DNA of 57,361 bases from Candidatus Azambacteria bacterium (GTDB lineage Bacteria; Patescibacteriota; Minisyncoccia; UBA10092), in NCBI GenBank assembly GCA_003455995.1, contig DMPO01000003.1, forward strand, positions 37,430 to 94,790, given 5' to 3'. Both the position numbers and the translations under genes were made by a program. Each line of letters opens with the position of its first letter. Position 1 is the first letter of the stretch. The notes under the pieces were generated by a model that was given only the letters and a program-made list of their open reading frames with translations, did not search any database and had not been told where the DNA came from. Of this stretch, positions 15,550 through 25,045 are shown in pieces.

Positions 15550-17077
15550 ATTGTATTCAGCCGCTTTAAGCGGCATTAACGCGAGAATAGTGGAGGTCGA
15601 GTGCGATCTGGCGCCCGGCCTTTTTAATTTTTCCATTGTCGGACTGCCGGATATGGCGGTTAAGGAATCCAAAGATCGCGTTTCGGCGGCTCTGAAAAAT
15701 TCCGGCGCCGCGCCGCCTTCGCGGCGCAACAAAAGAGTGACCGTTAATCTGGCGCCGGCCGATCTGAAAAAAGAGGGACCGGCTTACGATTTACCGATTG
15801 CCTTAGGATATTTGCTGGTATCGGAGCAAGTAAAATTCGACCCCGAGAAAAAATTGTTCGCCGGAGAATTAGCGCTGGACGGCGCCCTAAGGCCGATTGA
15901 CGGCGTGCTTTCTATCGTCATTGAAGCGAAAAATCGCGGTTTCCAAACCGTTTTTGTGCCGTCGACCAACGCCGCCGAAGCGGCGTTGGTGAAAGATATT
16001 GAAATTATCGGCGCCAATAATTTAACCGAAATAATGGAACATTTGGATGGTAAAAAACTTTTGTCGATCAGCAAGAATTCCGAATTGAGCGATATCTTTG
16101 CCAAAAATTTGGACAGCGATCCTGAAATTGATTTGGCCCTGATTCGCGGACAGGAAAAAGCCAAGCGGGTCCTGGAAATCGCCGCCAGCGGCAATCATAA
16201 TGTGATTTTTTCCGGCCCGCCGGGTTCGGGCAAGACCCTGCTGGCAAAAGCGCTGGCGTCGATTCTGCCAAAATTGAATCTTGAAGAGGCGATAGAAGTA
16301 ACGAGAATCTGGAGCGTCGCCGGACTTTTGAAAAACGACCGATCGTTCCTGTCGCAAAGGCCTTTTCGATCTCCGCACCATACGGCCTCGGGCGTGGCCC
16401 TGGTCGGCGGCGGCGCCTGGCCGAGACCGGGAGAGATTTCTCTGGCCCATAGGGGAGTCCTTTTTCTTGACGAGTTCCCAGAATTTTCCCGCGATGTTCT
16501 GGAAAATCTAAGACAGCCCTTGGAAGAAAATACCGTCACTATTTCCCGCGCCCAAGGAAGTTTGTCTTTTCCGGCGCAATTTTTGATGGTCGCCGCCATG
16601 AATCCCTGCCCCTGCGGCTATCTGAACGACTCGCTAAAAGAATGCGTCTGCGCTCCGCACCAGATTATTCGCTACAAAAGAAAATTGTCCGGCCCGCTAT
16701 TGGACCGGATCGACCTCCATGTGGAAGCGCCGCGTCTGAAATATGAAGAAATGTCCAAAGAAATCCTGAGCGAAACCAGCAAGGTCGTTCGAGAAAGGGT
16801 GGCAAAGGCGCGAGAAATCCAGTTGGCAAGATTTAAGGGAGAGGGAATTTTCACCAACCGCGAGATGTCGGTGAAGCATATTAAAAAATATTGCGCCCTC
16901 GACGAAACGGCGGAAAAAATGATGAAAACCGCGGTCAGCACCATGGGGTTTTCGGCAAGAACCTATCATCGCCTGCTGAAAATTTCCCGCACCATCGCCG
17001 ATCTGGACAATTGCGCCGACATAAAACCCCAGCACCTGGCCGAGGCTCTGCAATACCGCCCCCGGGAGGAAGTTTGA
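15539..17077 (+). CDS. comM: Mg-chelatase-like ATPase YifB/ComM
   Basis: MSVRLYSAALSGINARIVEVECDL..., Walker A GPPGSGKT, VLFLDEFPEF. Internal start chosen (track start 15443); overlaps the preceding stop by 11 nt. Confidence 0.85.
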   Translation: MSVRLYSAALSGINARIVEVECDLAPGLFNFSIVGLPDMAVKESKDRVSAALKNSGAAPPSRRNKRVTVNLAPADLKKEGPAYDLPIALGYLLVSEQVKFDPEKKLFAGELALDGALRPIDGVLSIVIEAKNRGFQTVFVPSTNAAEAALVKDIEIIGANNLTEIMEHLDGKKLLSISKNSELSDIFAKNLDSDPEIDLALIRGQEKAKRVLEIAASGNHNVIFSGPPGSGKTLLAKALASILPKLNLEEAIEVTRIWSVAGLLKNDRSFLSQRPFRSPHHTASGVALVGGGAWPRPGEISLAHRGVLFLDEFPEFSRDVLENLRQPLEENTVTISRAQGSLSFPAQFLMVAAMNPCPCGYLNDSLKECVCAPHQIIRYKRKLSGPLLDRIDLHVEAPRLKYEEMSKEILSETSKVVRERVAKAREIQLARFKGEGIFTNREMSVKHIKKYCALDETAEKMMKTAVSTMGFSARTYHRLLKISRTIADLDNCADIKPQHLAEALQYRPREEV

Positions 17078-17143
17078 AAGTTTTAACAAAAATAAAAAGT
17101 GTAAGTATTCGGACGATCGTTGCTAAACTGACATTTTTAAAAT

Positions 17144-17896
17144 CTATCTCACAAACGGGTTTTGGGCGCCGCGAATTTCAAAGTGCAGGTGACAACCGGT
17201 TGAATTCCCCGAGCCCGGATTGCCCGGATAGCCGCCCATATAGGCAATAACACTGCCTTGATTAACGAATTGGCCGGCAGAGATTAAAATTTCCTTCAAA
17301 TGAGCGTAGCGCGTGATAACGCCGTTCGGATGAAGAAGAATAATATTGTTGCCATAGCCGCTATTGGCCCATCTGGCGGTGCTTTGAGTCGGATAAGCGG
17401 CGCTTATAACGCCGGAAGCGGCGGCGTAAACCGGGATATTGTCATCAATACAGTCACTGCCGCGAGATATATCAACGGCGTTATAGCCGTGAAGTTTTCC
17501 GCGATTATATCCGGTGGTCGGAAAAATAAAATAACCGTCAAGATACGGCCCCGCCGCATAAGACGGCGCCTTGGGTTTTGGCAACGGCTTGGGCGTTGGC
17601 GACGGCTCAGGCGTTGGAACGGTTGCCGGATTTTGGTTCTGAAAAACCGAATCTTGACCGATAATCAATGGATCCCGTTCATCATAAGGTGTAAATTCCA
17701 TATCAATATCGGCATTACTTGCTTGCGCCGATAAAATACTAACTTCATTAGAAATAATATTATTATCCGGCGCCGACACAATCTCCGTAACTTCGCCGCC
17801 GATAATCGTTCCTCTGTTTAATCGGGTCGCATCACCAACAAAAGACGCGAAACCGGCAATTTCAGCAACAAGAACCAAAGAAAAAATCAAAAACAA
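17144..17896 (-). CDS. M23 (LytM-type) peptidoglycan endopeptidase
   Basis: GYGNNIILLHPNGVITRYAHL ... CHLHFEIR, with an N-terminal anchor. Confidence 0.85.
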   Translation of the reverse strand: MFLIFSLVLVAEIAGFASFVGDATRLNRGTIIGGEVTEIVSAPDNNIISNEVSILSAQASNADIDMEFTPYDERDPLIIGQDSVFQNQNPATVPTPEPSPTPKPLPKPKAPSYAAGPYLDGYFIFPTTGYNRGKLHGYNAVDISRGSDCIDDNIPVYAAASGVISAAYPTQSTARWANSGYGNNIILLHPNGVITRYAHLKEILISAGQFVNQGSVIAYMGGYPGNPGSGNSTGCHLHFEIRGAQNPFVR

Positions 17897-18062
17897 AGAA
17901 ACCCCCAGAGGGAATTTACCAATAATCGTCTCAATTTTTTTAAAAATAGTATAAATAAACCGGAATTAAGAGTAATTCCTAGGGCTATTAAACACTGCTT
18001 TATGCTAACAACATTGTTAGGAATGGTCAAGAAACTTGTCCACATGGTATTATGCTGTGGCT

Positions 18063-19952
18063 ATGAAAATATTAGAGGGATTAAACGAACGGCAGAAAGA
18101 AGCCGCGATGGTAGTTGACGGCCCGGTTTTGATTTTAGCCGGCGCCGGCAGCGGAAAAACCAAAACCCTGACGCATCGCATCGCCCATCTTCTGTCTCAG
18201 GGAATAAATCCCGAAAATATTTTGGCCGTTACCTTCACCAACAAGGCCGCCGAAGAAATGCGAATCCGCGTCAATAAGTTATTGATTGAAAATTGTAAAT
18301 TGTCCCGCTGTGCGGGATCCCGCCAAGCGGGAAAAATTGAAAATTTGTTTATCGGCACATTCCATTCTTTCGGCGCCAAAATTTTGAGAGAAGAAATAGA
18401 GTGCTTGGGCTATAATAAAAATTTCGCCATCTACGATGAAGACGATTCTTTTTCCTTGGCAAAAGACATATTGGGCGATATGAATTTGCCGCGCGACCGA
18501 TTCAAGCCAGGCTCTTTTCTAAATTTGGCGTCCAAAATAAAAAGCGAACTGGAGAATCCGGCGTCGTTGGGCGCCGACGATTTTTACAAAAAGCAATTCG
18601 CCGCATTTTACAATCTTTACGGCGGACGCCTTAGGGCCGCCAACGCGGTTGATTTCGATGATTTGATAACTCTACCGGTAAAAATCCTCGAATCGCGGCC
18701 GGAAATTCTGGAAAAATACCAGAATCAATATAAATATATCTTGGTGGACGAATATCAGGACACCAACCGCGCCCAATATGTTTTGATAAATTTGCTGGCT
18801 CAAAAAAATAAAAATCTCTTTGTTATCGGCGACCCCGATCAGGCGATTTACGGCTGGCGGCACGCCGACTTCAGGAACATTTTGAATTTTGAAAAGGACT
18901 ACCCGAACGCCAAAATTGTAAAACTGGAGCAGAATTACCGTTCCACCCAAAATATTTTAACCGCCGCGCACGAAATCATCAGTAAAAACATCGAAAGAAA
19001 AGACAAAACCCTGTGGACCGAAAATTCGGCGGGAAATTTAATAGAAGTGGTCGAAGCAAACGGCGAAAGGGAAGAAGCGGAATTCATTTTGAATAAAATA
19101 GCGGAGTTAAACAAAAATGACGAAATTGGTTTGGATAAAATTGTCGTGATGTATCGCACCAACGCCCAGTCGCGCGTTTTGGAAGAGGCCTGCCTTTACG
19201 CCAATCTGCCCTACCGCGTCATCGGCGCCGTTAAATTCTATCAAAGAAAGGAAATAAAAGATATTCTGGCTTATTTGCGCCTAATCCAAAATCCAAACGA
19301 CGAAATATGCCTGAAAAGAATTATTGGGGTTATCGGTAAAAGAGCGTTTATTTCTCAAAACGGACTCTTTTCCGATTGGGAAAATTTCAGAAAACAAGCG
19401 CCAGCGTTACCGCCAACGGAAATCATAAAATTTGTCGTCAAAAAATCCGGCTATTACGGTTATCTCGAAAAAAAATTCCCCGATTTCGGGCCGGACGGAG
19501 AATTGGAATCGGAATCCAGAATCAAAAACATCAAAGAACTGATCGGCTTGGCCGGTCTTCACGACAATCTTAATACTTTTTTGACCGATGTTGCTCTGAT
19601 GCAGCAGGAAAGAGGCGCCGACAATTCTAAAAAACTTAATCTAATGACGTTGCATTCGGCCAAGGGGCTGGAATTCGACGCCGTGTTCATCGCCGGCGCC
19701 GAAGAAAACCTGATGCCCCATTCCCGCGCCGCTTATTCTCTTGAAGAATTGGAAGAAGAACGGCGGCTTTGCTATGTGGGAATGACGCGCGCCAAAAAAC
19801 ATTTGTGGCTTTTGTTCGCCAAGCGGCGGTTTCTGTGGGGCGAAAGAAAAGAGGCGGTTCCGTCGCGCTTCATCATGGAATTGCCTCCGCATCTGGTAAA
19901 TTTTCGTTCCTTAGCCGACGGCTACAACCTGCCGGATATAGAATTGGAATAA
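18063..19952 (+). CDS. pcrA: ATP-dependent DNA helicase PcrA/UvrD
   Basis: GAGSGKTKTLTHR, VDEYQDTN, YRS, LMTLHSAKGLEFD, YVGMTRAK. Start moved to MKILEGLNERQ. Confidence 0.9.
   Translation: MKILEGLNERQKEAAMVVDGPVLILAGAGSGKTKTLTHRIAHLLSQGINPENILAVTFTNKAAEEMRIRVNKLLIENCKLSRCAGSRQAGKIENLFIGTFHSFGAKILREEIECLGYNKNFAIYDEDDSFSLAKDILGDMNLPRDRFKPGSFLNLASKIKSELENPASLGADDFYKKQFAAFYNLYGGRLRAANAVDFDDLITLPVKILESRPEILEKYQNQYKYILVDEYQDTNRAQYVLINLLAQKNKNLFVIGDPDQAIYGWRHADFRNILNFEKDYPNAKIVKLEQNYRSTQNILTAAHEIISKNIERKDKTLWTENSAGNLIEVVEANGEREEAEFILNKIAELNKNDEIGLDKIVVMYRTNAQSRVLEEACLYANLPYRVIGAVKFYQRKEIKDILAYLRLIQNPNDEICLKRIIGVIGKRAFISQNGLFSDWENFRKQAPALPPTEIIKFVVKKSGYYGYLEKKFPDFGPDGELESESRIKNIKELIGLAGLHDNLNTFLTDVALMQQERGADNSKKLNLMTLHSAKGLEFDAVFIAGAEENLMPHSRAAYSLEELEEERRLCYVGMTRAKKHLWLLFAKRRFLWGERKEAVPSRFIMELPPHLVNFRSLADGYNLPDIELE
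18295..18345 (+). repeat. 51 bp in-frame insertion in pcrA flanked by a 10 bp direct repeat ATTGAAAATT
   Basis: ATTGAAAATT occurs at 18285..18294 and 18336..18345. The insert carries two GC-rich hairpins (cccgc-tgt-gcggg, cccgc-caa-gcggg) in an AT-rich gene. Removing 51 nt restores ...KLLIENLFIGTFHS.... Confidence 0.55.
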
Positions 19953-19997
19953 AAAATAAAAGGACCCGACGCCATATAAGCCGCCGAGTCCCGTTTT

Positions 19998-20586
19998 TTA
20001 AAATTTCCATCCAATCCCCAGGGCAAGCTCGCCCCTGGTCGCCCTTACATAAGGGATGAATTTCGGATTTTTGTAAATCCTATAGGCGGTTAGGATGCTA
20101 TGGGCGACTAGCCCGATTTCCACAAAGCCGGTGTCAACGCCGGTTGCCCGAAGCGTTTCCAGGTCGCCGACTCCGTCTCTTAACTCATTGTCCGCGACAT
20201 ACAGCAACGAATTGAGGATGTTGAATCCCAGCCAACCAAGAACAAATGCGCTGTCCTTGGGGATTTTATCAACCCCCAAGATAATTTCCGTAGAAATTAT
20301 CTGGGCGCCGAATCCGCCCAAGGTGATATTACGAAGCTTACCCTTGTCATGGGTGTCGGCAAGCCACCGATTATCGGCGCCCTGCCAGCTCATCCCAACG
20401 CCCTCAACTCTGGCCACAACTTCGTGACCAAGTTCATGGAAAGCGAACCCGGATAAGAATCCGCCAACAAAGCCAGTGCTTTTTTTGGCCAGAGTCCACC
20501 GCGCAATGGCGGCCTCATCAGCCAAGGCGACACCCACGATCCCAAAAAAACACCATAACCGCGACCAACAATATTGCCCTTTTCAT
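19998..20586 (-). pseudogene. Small M50/site-2-protease-like HExxH membrane protein, interrupted by a frameshift in a homopolymer (A7 on plus strand, 20544..20550)
   Basis: The SD-preceded ATG at 20586 encodes MKRAILLVAVMVFF and then leaves frame. Removing one T gives MKRAILLVAVMVFFGIVGVALADE..., continuous with the 179 aa ORF. That ORF contains FAFHELGHEVVARVEG and FNILNSLLYVADNELRDG. Confidence 0.55.
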
Positions 20587-20671
20587 TTCCAAACCTCCTT
20601 TTTATGAAATTGTTAAAAAATCTGTTAATTTCCACTATGTATAGCATACCATATTAAACATATTTTGTAAA
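20587..20671 (-). promoter_or_regulatory. Promoter-like TTTACA-17-TATGCT (20643..20671) and leader containing TTTTTAACAATTT (20607..20623)
   Basis: Read directly. This is the fourth copy of the leader motif seen in the RiPP-like cluster. Confidence 0.45.
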
Positions 20672-20712
20672 TAGCGACTTTTAGCGTTGATTTTTGCTAC
20701 AATGGCAATTGT

Positions 20713-21663
20713 ATGAATATGAATTTCAACAATCTCAAAATCGCGACCATAATAAAAATTTTACTCCTAATTTTATTGGCGGTTACCGGATATTTTACTT
20801 GGAAAAGTTTTCAAAAACCAGCCGAACTTCATTCCAAACAGACGCTCGCGCCGCAAAAAAATCAGCTTAAAGTAATCGGGGCGTCTTCATTTTCCAAAGA
20901 ATGGCAACTTTTTGCGCCAACCAGAGAAACCGCTGCGCCGTTTTTTGAAACTGTTTACGAAACCGCCAAAACCACCGAAATGAAATTGAAAAACGAAATC
21001 AATTCAGCGATTCAAAACTATTCCGTCTCGCCGCCAAGTCCCAAAATCATCAAAGCGGCGCCGGACGAAATCATGCTTGATTTGACCGACGACGAATTCC
21101 ATTTTCTTTACCCCGACTCTTTTATCAAAAGTTTGATAGACGCCCAGGATCTTTTTGTTAAAAACATAGACCCATCGTATGCGCCGCTGTTAAAAATTGA
21201 AACCGACGCTCAAGTCCGCCTCGTTGAAGAAAAAATCGTAGCCGCCCTTGTATCGCTCAATATGCTGACCGCGGAAGAAGCGCGACGAATTGCCGCCACG
21301 ATCCGTTTTACTTTACCAAAATTACAATTGGCTGAACTTGAAAAACAGAATACATCTGCCCTAAACCGGTATTTTAATTTTACACCATTAACTCAATTAA
21401 ATCCTAAGGGCGTATTTCTTTCCGGTTTATTGGACAAATTCTATGGCGCGCTTGTTCCTAAGGCCAAGGCCGCTATTTGCGGAGCTTGCTACACAACGCC
21501 AGAATGTTACCAGGCGGGAGTGCCGACGGCTACGCCCGGCCCCAGTTTATTAAGAGCGTTTTGTTATTGCACCGGTTGTTATTTCGGACAAGGATGCCTG
21601 GACTTTTGCACGGGCAGAGCGGCAATTTTTGACCCAACAACTTTTATCTGTGGCTGCGGATAA
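20713..21663 (+). CDS. Membrane-anchored protein with an extremely Cys-rich C-terminal tail
   Basis: 316 aa with an N-terminal TM helix. Last 63 residues: AAICGACYTTPECYQAGVPTATPGPSLLRAFCYCTGCYFGQGCLDFCTGRAAIFDPTTFICGCG. Confidence 0.6.
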   Translation: MNMNFNNLKIATIIKILLLILLAVTGYFTWKSFQKPAELHSKQTLAPQKNQLKVIGASSFSKEWQLFAPTRETAAPFFETVYETAKTTEMKLKNEINSAIQNYSVSPPSPKIIKAAPDEIMLDLTDDEFHFLYPDSFIKSLIDAQDLFVKNIDPSYAPLLKIETDAQVRLVEEKIVAALVSLNMLTAEEARRIAATIRFTLPKLQLAELEKQNTSALNRYFNFTPLTQLNPKGVFLSGLLDKFYGALVPKAKAAICGACYTTPECYQAGVPTATPGPSLLRAFCYCTGCYFGQGCLDFCTGRAAIFDPTTFICGCG

Positions 21664-21664
21664 T

Positions 21665-22630
21665 ATGGATTTAACTAATAAAACAGTAATAAAAGACCTG
21701 CTGAAAAAGTACGGGGGAACTGCGGAAAAAAAATTCGGTCAGCATTTTATTTTGTCAAAAAAAGCGCTGGCGAAAATGATTGCCGCGGCGGAAATTAAAA
21801 AGGGCGATACCATTGTTGAAATTGGTCCAGGACTCGGAACGCTCACGCAAGAACTGGCAAAGAGTGGAGTAAAAATCACCGCAATTGAAAAAGACCCTAT
21901 TATGGCCGCCATACTAAACGAGACGCTAAAAGATTTTAAGAATGTAAAAATTATTAAAGCCGATGCCCGCCAACTATCGATTCTAAGAATCAATAGTGGG
22001 AAGAAATACAAAATTGTGGCGAATTTGCCATATAATATCGCGACATTTTTGATTCATCAATGGCTCGAATCGAAAAATCCGCCAAAAACAATGGTTCTAA
22101 TGATCCAAAAAGAAGTAGCGCGACGCATCGTTGCCAAACCGCCCCGGATGAATCTTCTGGCCGTGAGCGTTCAATTTTACGCCGGAGTAAAAATTATTGA
22201 TTATGTAAAAAAGGGGTCGTTCTGGCCGCAACCGAAAGTTGATTCGGCGATAATAGAAATTATTCCGAACCCGCCTGCCACGCCTGCGCGGACATGGCGG
22301 GCAGGAAAAAATGCCGCGTTTTTTGCGGTTGTAAAAGCCGGATTTTCCCAACCGAGAAAACAACTGCTCGGTAACTTGGCAAAAAAATTATCGCTGTCAA
22401 AGGAACAATTAATTTCTATATTCAAAAATATAAACATCTCTGAAAAAGCTCGAGCGGAAAATTTATCCCTGGATCAATGGCGTTCGCTCACCTTCCAATT
22501 AAATCCCAAACTTTATTTTCGCAGAACTCTCGGAGCGATTTTGGATTGGCCCCCGCCAAAGGCGGGGCAAAATCGCGAGAGTGAATGCGCCGAGCCGCAG
22601 GAGCGAGGCGACATGTTTCGGAGAAAATAA
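21665..22630 (+). CDS. rsmA: 16S rRNA (adenine1518/1519-N6)-dimethyltransferase RsmA/KsgA, with its 3' end running into a repeat element
   Basis: FGQHFIL, EIGPGLGTLT, NLPYNI. Start moved to MDLTNKT. The last 40 or so codons and the stop lie inside the repeat at 22501..22642. Confidence 0.85.
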   Translation: MDLTNKTVIKDLLKKYGGTAEKKFGQHFILSKKALAKMIAAAEIKKGDTIVEIGPGLGTLTQELAKSGVKITAIEKDPIMAAILNETLKDFKNVKIIKADARQLSILRINSGKKYKIVANLPYNIATFLIHQWLESKNPPKTMVLMIQKEVARRIVAKPPRMNLLAVSVQFYAGVKIIDYVKKGSFWPQPKVDSAIIEIIPNPPATPARTWRAGKNAAFFAVVKAGFSQPRKQLLGNLAKKLSLSKEQLISIFKNINISEKARAENLSLDQWRSLTFQLNPKLYFRRTLGAILDWPPPKAGQNRESECAEPQERGDMFRRK

Positions 22631-22642
22631 GGTTTGGGGTTT
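22501..22642 (+). mobile_element. MITE-like element, copy A (subfamily 1)
   Basis: Terminal inverted repeats AAATCCCAAACTTTATTTTC / GAAAATAAGGTTTGGGGTTT. Nearly identical to the reverse complement of 53895..54037. Internal hairpin ccccgcc-aaa-ggcgggg. Confidence 0.7.
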
Positions 22643-22654
22643 AGGCCTCGCCAC

Positions 22655-22663
22655 TTATCCACA
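22655..22663 (+). promoter_or_regulatory. Perfect DnaA-box 9-mer TTATCCACA
   Basis: Exact match, intergenic, upstream of the secretion-like gene block. Confidence 0.4.
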
Positions 22664-22721
22664 GAGCGCGATATAAAACTTGCCGCGATATCGGGTTTTT
22701 TATGGTATAATTCCTAATAAA

Positions 22722-23504
22722 ATGGCGATAAAGCATCATTTGCCCGTTGTGTTTGTCATTGCGGCCGGAGTAGCTTTCGGGGTTTTTATGTTTGCGCCCG
22801 TTTCCCAAACGGTTTATGTAAAAAATAGCGCCTTTTACCGCGCTTCCGCGGAAAATAAAATCGGCAACCTCGCAGATACTATTATTCCATCGATCGCCAT
22901 CCCAAAAAATATAACTGAAAATTTTGCCGCTTCGCTGGCGCAAGAATTAATTTCAAAAAATTCCACCCCCAAAACCGACTCGTCCGGCCAACCGGCGCTT
23001 GCCACGCCCGATGTGAACGTGATGGCGGAAAAATTTATTAAAGACGGCTTGACGCGGGCAAATGAAAATATTTTAAACATCAAAATTCCTGATTTGAAAA
23101 TTTCTTCCGACAACAGCAAATCGGCAATTGAAAAATATTTATCCGAAAGCCAGACAATTCTTAATGACAATCTAAAATCTGATATTTCGCTTTTTTCTAT
23201 TCTTGAAAAAATAAACGAAAACAACGGCGCGGGATTGGAAAAACTTCTGCCCGTAATCGACGCCTATGAAACGGCGGCCAATCAATTGGAAGAAAAGTCG
23301 GTGCCGTCAAATTTGAAAGATCTAATGACTGAAGAACCCCGCCTTTTGCGGATTACCGCTAACATACTGAAAGCGATCACCAATGTTGAGACCGACCCGC
23401 TGGGCGCTATGGCGGCGACCAAACAATTTGAGGCCATATTGCAAAGTTGGGACGATCTCCAAAAGAAGATGGATATTTTTATCAAAAATTTCAACAAAAT
23501 TTGA
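22722..23504 (+). CDS. Membrane-anchored hypothetical protein
   Basis: MAIKHHLPVVFVIAAGVAFGVFMF... Internal start chosen; TATAAT at 22703..22708. Confidence 0.5.
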   Translation: MAIKHHLPVVFVIAAGVAFGVFMFAPVSQTVYVKNSAFYRASAENKIGNLADTIIPSIAIPKNITENFAASLAQELISKNSTPKTDSSGQPALATPDVNVMAEKFIKDGLTRANENILNIKIPDLKISSDNSKSAIEKYLSESQTILNDNLKSDISLFSILEKINENNGAGLEKLLPVIDAYETAANQLEEKSVPSNLKDLMTEEPRLLRITANILKAITNVETDPLGAMAATKQFEAILQSWDDLQKKMDIFIKNFNKI

Positions 23505-25042
23505 TGGCTGTTTTTCATAAAAACATTCTGGGCGCAACATTGCTCGTTTTGATTTTATTTTTAATTGTCCCTAAAACGACATCCGCGTCCGTTCCGACTT
23601 TTGAAATGAACCCTCTGTTAACCGGCGGCGTAAAAGCTACAGCCGTTTCAACTTACGCTCAATTGGGGCAAACTATTTGGAAATTCGCCTTAGACGCGGC
23701 CGTTGAGACCTTAAAAAGGCAAATACTTAACATGATGGTTGATCAAATTGTGAACTGGATTCAAGGAGGGGGCGAACCAAAATTCATCACAGATTGGCCA
23801 GCATTTTTCAGGGAAGCAGTTGATCAAGCCGGAGGAAAATTTCTTCAACAAATGGGGTTAAGCCAGCTCTGTTCGCCATTTAAAGCCCTGTTGAGCGCCG
23901 GATTTATTCCTATTCCAACATTCACCACGCGCACTTCCTGCACCTTGACTCAAGTGGGGGTCAATCTTGAGGCGTTCCTGAAAAGCTTTGAAAACGGCGG
24001 ATGGATCGCCTGGAACGAAATGATTCTGAAACCGCAAAATAATGTCTATGGCGCATATATCATGGCCTGGGATCAATATGAAATTGAAAAATCGGCGGCG
24101 GAAAAATCCGCCGCCGCAGAGGCGCAGGCGGGAAGGGGATTTTTGGGCGTAAAAGAGTGTTTGGAATGGGATTCATCGCAAGCCATTAGCGCCTGTTCGG
24201 AAGTATATACCGATTGCAAGGCCCAAGGATCTTCATCGGAAGAATGCGCGCAGATTGAAAAACAGTGCTACGATCAAAATCAGATTTGCAAAAAATACCA
24301 AACCAAGACCCCCGGTTCCGTTGTCGGCGACTTGGCGGCAAAAGCGGTAGGCTCCGACATCGACTGGCTTGTTAACGCCGATGATCTGGCCGCCTATACC
24401 TCGGCAATCGCCAATGCGATTCTCAACAGAATGTTCGCCGAGGGCCTTTCCGGACTTAAAACGGCGCTTACCAGCAATAACAGGGGAGAAAGCGGCGGCA
24501 GAGGATCCGGCGGCGGTTCCGCCGCTCAAGCGCAGTGCGCCCAACTTCTGGGAACGGCGGCCTACAATGACTGTGTCAGCTCCATACAGGCGGGCATGGA
24601 TATGAGAGAGTTTCAAAAAAATACTTTAATCACAATGATAGATGATGAATTAAGTTACCAAAATCAACTATTGGGCGCTAAGCAGGCAACTTTAACTATC
24701 TTGAACCAATCCGCTGACATTCTAAAACAACTCGGCGACTGTCAAGGATCAATCTCCATTAATTTGGCGCCGACGCAAAGTTCCGCGTCAACTACCATGA
24801 GCCAAATCGCCCAGATTCAATCCGACATCATTGCCCTCCAGATGAAGCAACAAGAAATAAAATCCATAACCGATATAAGGCAAATACCCGCGCTTTGGTC
24901 GCAGGTATCGGGCGTGGTCAAACCCGCCGTTACGCAAAGTTTGGCACTATCGGCCCAGCAGGAAACGACCCAAAAACAGCAAAAAATGGACGCTTATCAG
25001 GGGCAATTGGACGCCTGTAAATCAGAACAAAATAACCCATAA
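23504..25042 (+). CDS. Secreted Cys-containing hypothetical protein
   Basis: Signal peptide MAVFHKNILGATLLVLILFLIVPKTTSAS. TGATG overlap with the upstream gene. Confidence 0.55.
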   Translation: MAVFHKNILGATLLVLILFLIVPKTTSASVPTFEMNPLLTGGVKATAVSTYAQLGQTIWKFALDAAVETLKRQILNMMVDQIVNWIQGGGEPKFITDWPAFFREAVDQAGGKFLQQMGLSQLCSPFKALLSAGFIPIPTFTTRTSCTLTQVGVNLEAFLKSFENGGWIAWNEMILKPQNNVYGAYIMAWDQYEIEKSAAEKSAAAEAQAGRGFLGVKECLEWDSSQAISACSEVYTDCKAQGSSSEECAQIEKQCYDQNQICKKYQTKTPGSVVGDLAAKAVGSDIDWLVNADDLAAYTSAIANAILNRMFAEGLSGLKTALTSNNRGESGGRGSGGGSAAQAQCAQLLGTAAYNDCVSSIQAGMDMREFQKNTLITMIDDELSYQNQLLGAKQATLTILNQSADILKQLGDCQGSISINLAPTQSSASTTMSQIAQIQSDIIALQMKQQEIKSITDIRQIPALWSQVSGVVKPAVTQSLALSAQQETTQKQQKMDAYQGQLDACKSEQNNP

Positions 25043-25045
25043 CTT

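Noticed and set aside
17108-17122. 15-mer TTCGGACGATCGTTG repeated as a reverse complement at about 48746..48760, inside an 11 bp inverted repeat.
   Set aside because: With about 6.6e9 position pairs in 2 x 57 kb, a few exact 15-mer coincidences are expected by chance. The flanks do not align.
19998-20030. The C-terminal ...GIGWKF ending resembles an outer-membrane beta-barrel signature.
   Set aside because: The rest of the protein is helical-hydrophobic with an HExxH motif typical of intramembrane M50-like proteases. A terminal Phe alone is not diagnostic.
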